Below are positions 63,580-64,000 of a stretch of 64,000 bases of DNA, in pieces; position 1 is the stretch's first letter; every line of letters starts with the position of its first letter. The translations under genes were made by a program, and so were the position numbers. The stretch comes from Ginglymostoma cirratum (taxonomy: Eukaryota), in the NCBI GenBank assembly GCA_024137785.1, contig JAHRHZ010000013.1:10973577-11037576 (forward strand), in the 5' to 3' direction. The notes below the pieces were generated by a model. That model ran no database searches. It saw only the letters and a program-made list of their open reading frames with translations, and was not told where the DNA came from.

Positions 63580-63900
63580 ATCAGCTCTGGAGCCAGGGTT
63601 CTCAGATGCCTCACTGGAAACTTCACTTTACAGTAACAAACAGGAAAGTCAGTTGTCTTTGTGTGTGGGAGTGTGTGTGGCCATGTGTGTCCATGTGGGA
63701 GTGTGCGCGTGTGTGTGTGTGTGTGTGTGTGGGCACGCTCCACAAACTGACCCTGACGGTGCATTAAGACTTGAAATGCGATGGTGCTATCACATCAGAC
63801 ACCGGCCAATGAAAAGATGGTAGAAGAGCAGGGTCATCTAAGAGCTCTATCATTGCCTGAAGGACATGGACATCACTCCTGCACAATACAGCTCATAGTC
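63580..63900 (+). mobile_element. PIF/Harbinger remnant (Myb/SANT fragment, possible transposase fragment)
   Basis: EPGFSDASLETSL resembles APRFSDASLEVLL; LEMRWC..LLHN is a weak match to LKMRFRC...LHN. Confidence 0.4.
63660..63731. repeat. Imperfect (TG)n microsatellite
   Basis: TG-rich run ending in a perfect (GT)11. Confidence 0.9.
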
Positions 63901-64000
63901 CTACACACTCTGCCATCCGAGCACCTCCTGGGCATGGGGGTTCTCGCCACCTCCTTCTTGTGTTTCCCACATGGCTGGCTTTGGAGATGGAAGAGACTGT

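Noticed and set aside
1-64000. CRISPR array, operon or other prokaryotic system; endogenous virus
   Set aside because: No regularly spaced repeats, no gene-dense ORF pattern and no viral hallmark motif beyond Gypsy gag/pol; the content is vertebrate repeats.

Overview
Eukaryotic, AT-rich, repeat-dense non-coding DNA (intergenic or large intron). It is most likely from an elasmobranch (shark); this is inferred from HE1 (V-SINE) SINEs and HER1/CR1 LINE tails. I recognise no intact host protein-coding gene, rRNA, tRNA gene or CRISPR array, and nearly all ORFs in the track are chance ORFs or transposon remnants. The window is a layered transposon record: (1) CR1/HER1 and L2 LINE 3' ends; (2) three or four tRNA-derived SINE families; (3) two decayed Gypsy LTR elements that both lack RT/RNase H; (4) PIF/Harbinger transposase and Myb/SANT remnants; (5) many Penelope-like (PLE) fragments. 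The most notable signal is a set of 110-210 bp non-coding PLE-derived insertions with 9-14 bp target-site duplications (TSDs). They carry minimal type-I hammerhead ribozyme cores, and three of them are head-to-head palindromes. Also notable are a CR1 insertion with twin-priming-type 5' inversion, candidate spliced micro-exons and several TE-free enhancer-like blocks. All family names come from recalled consensus motifs, not database searches. Boundaries of old repeats are approximate.
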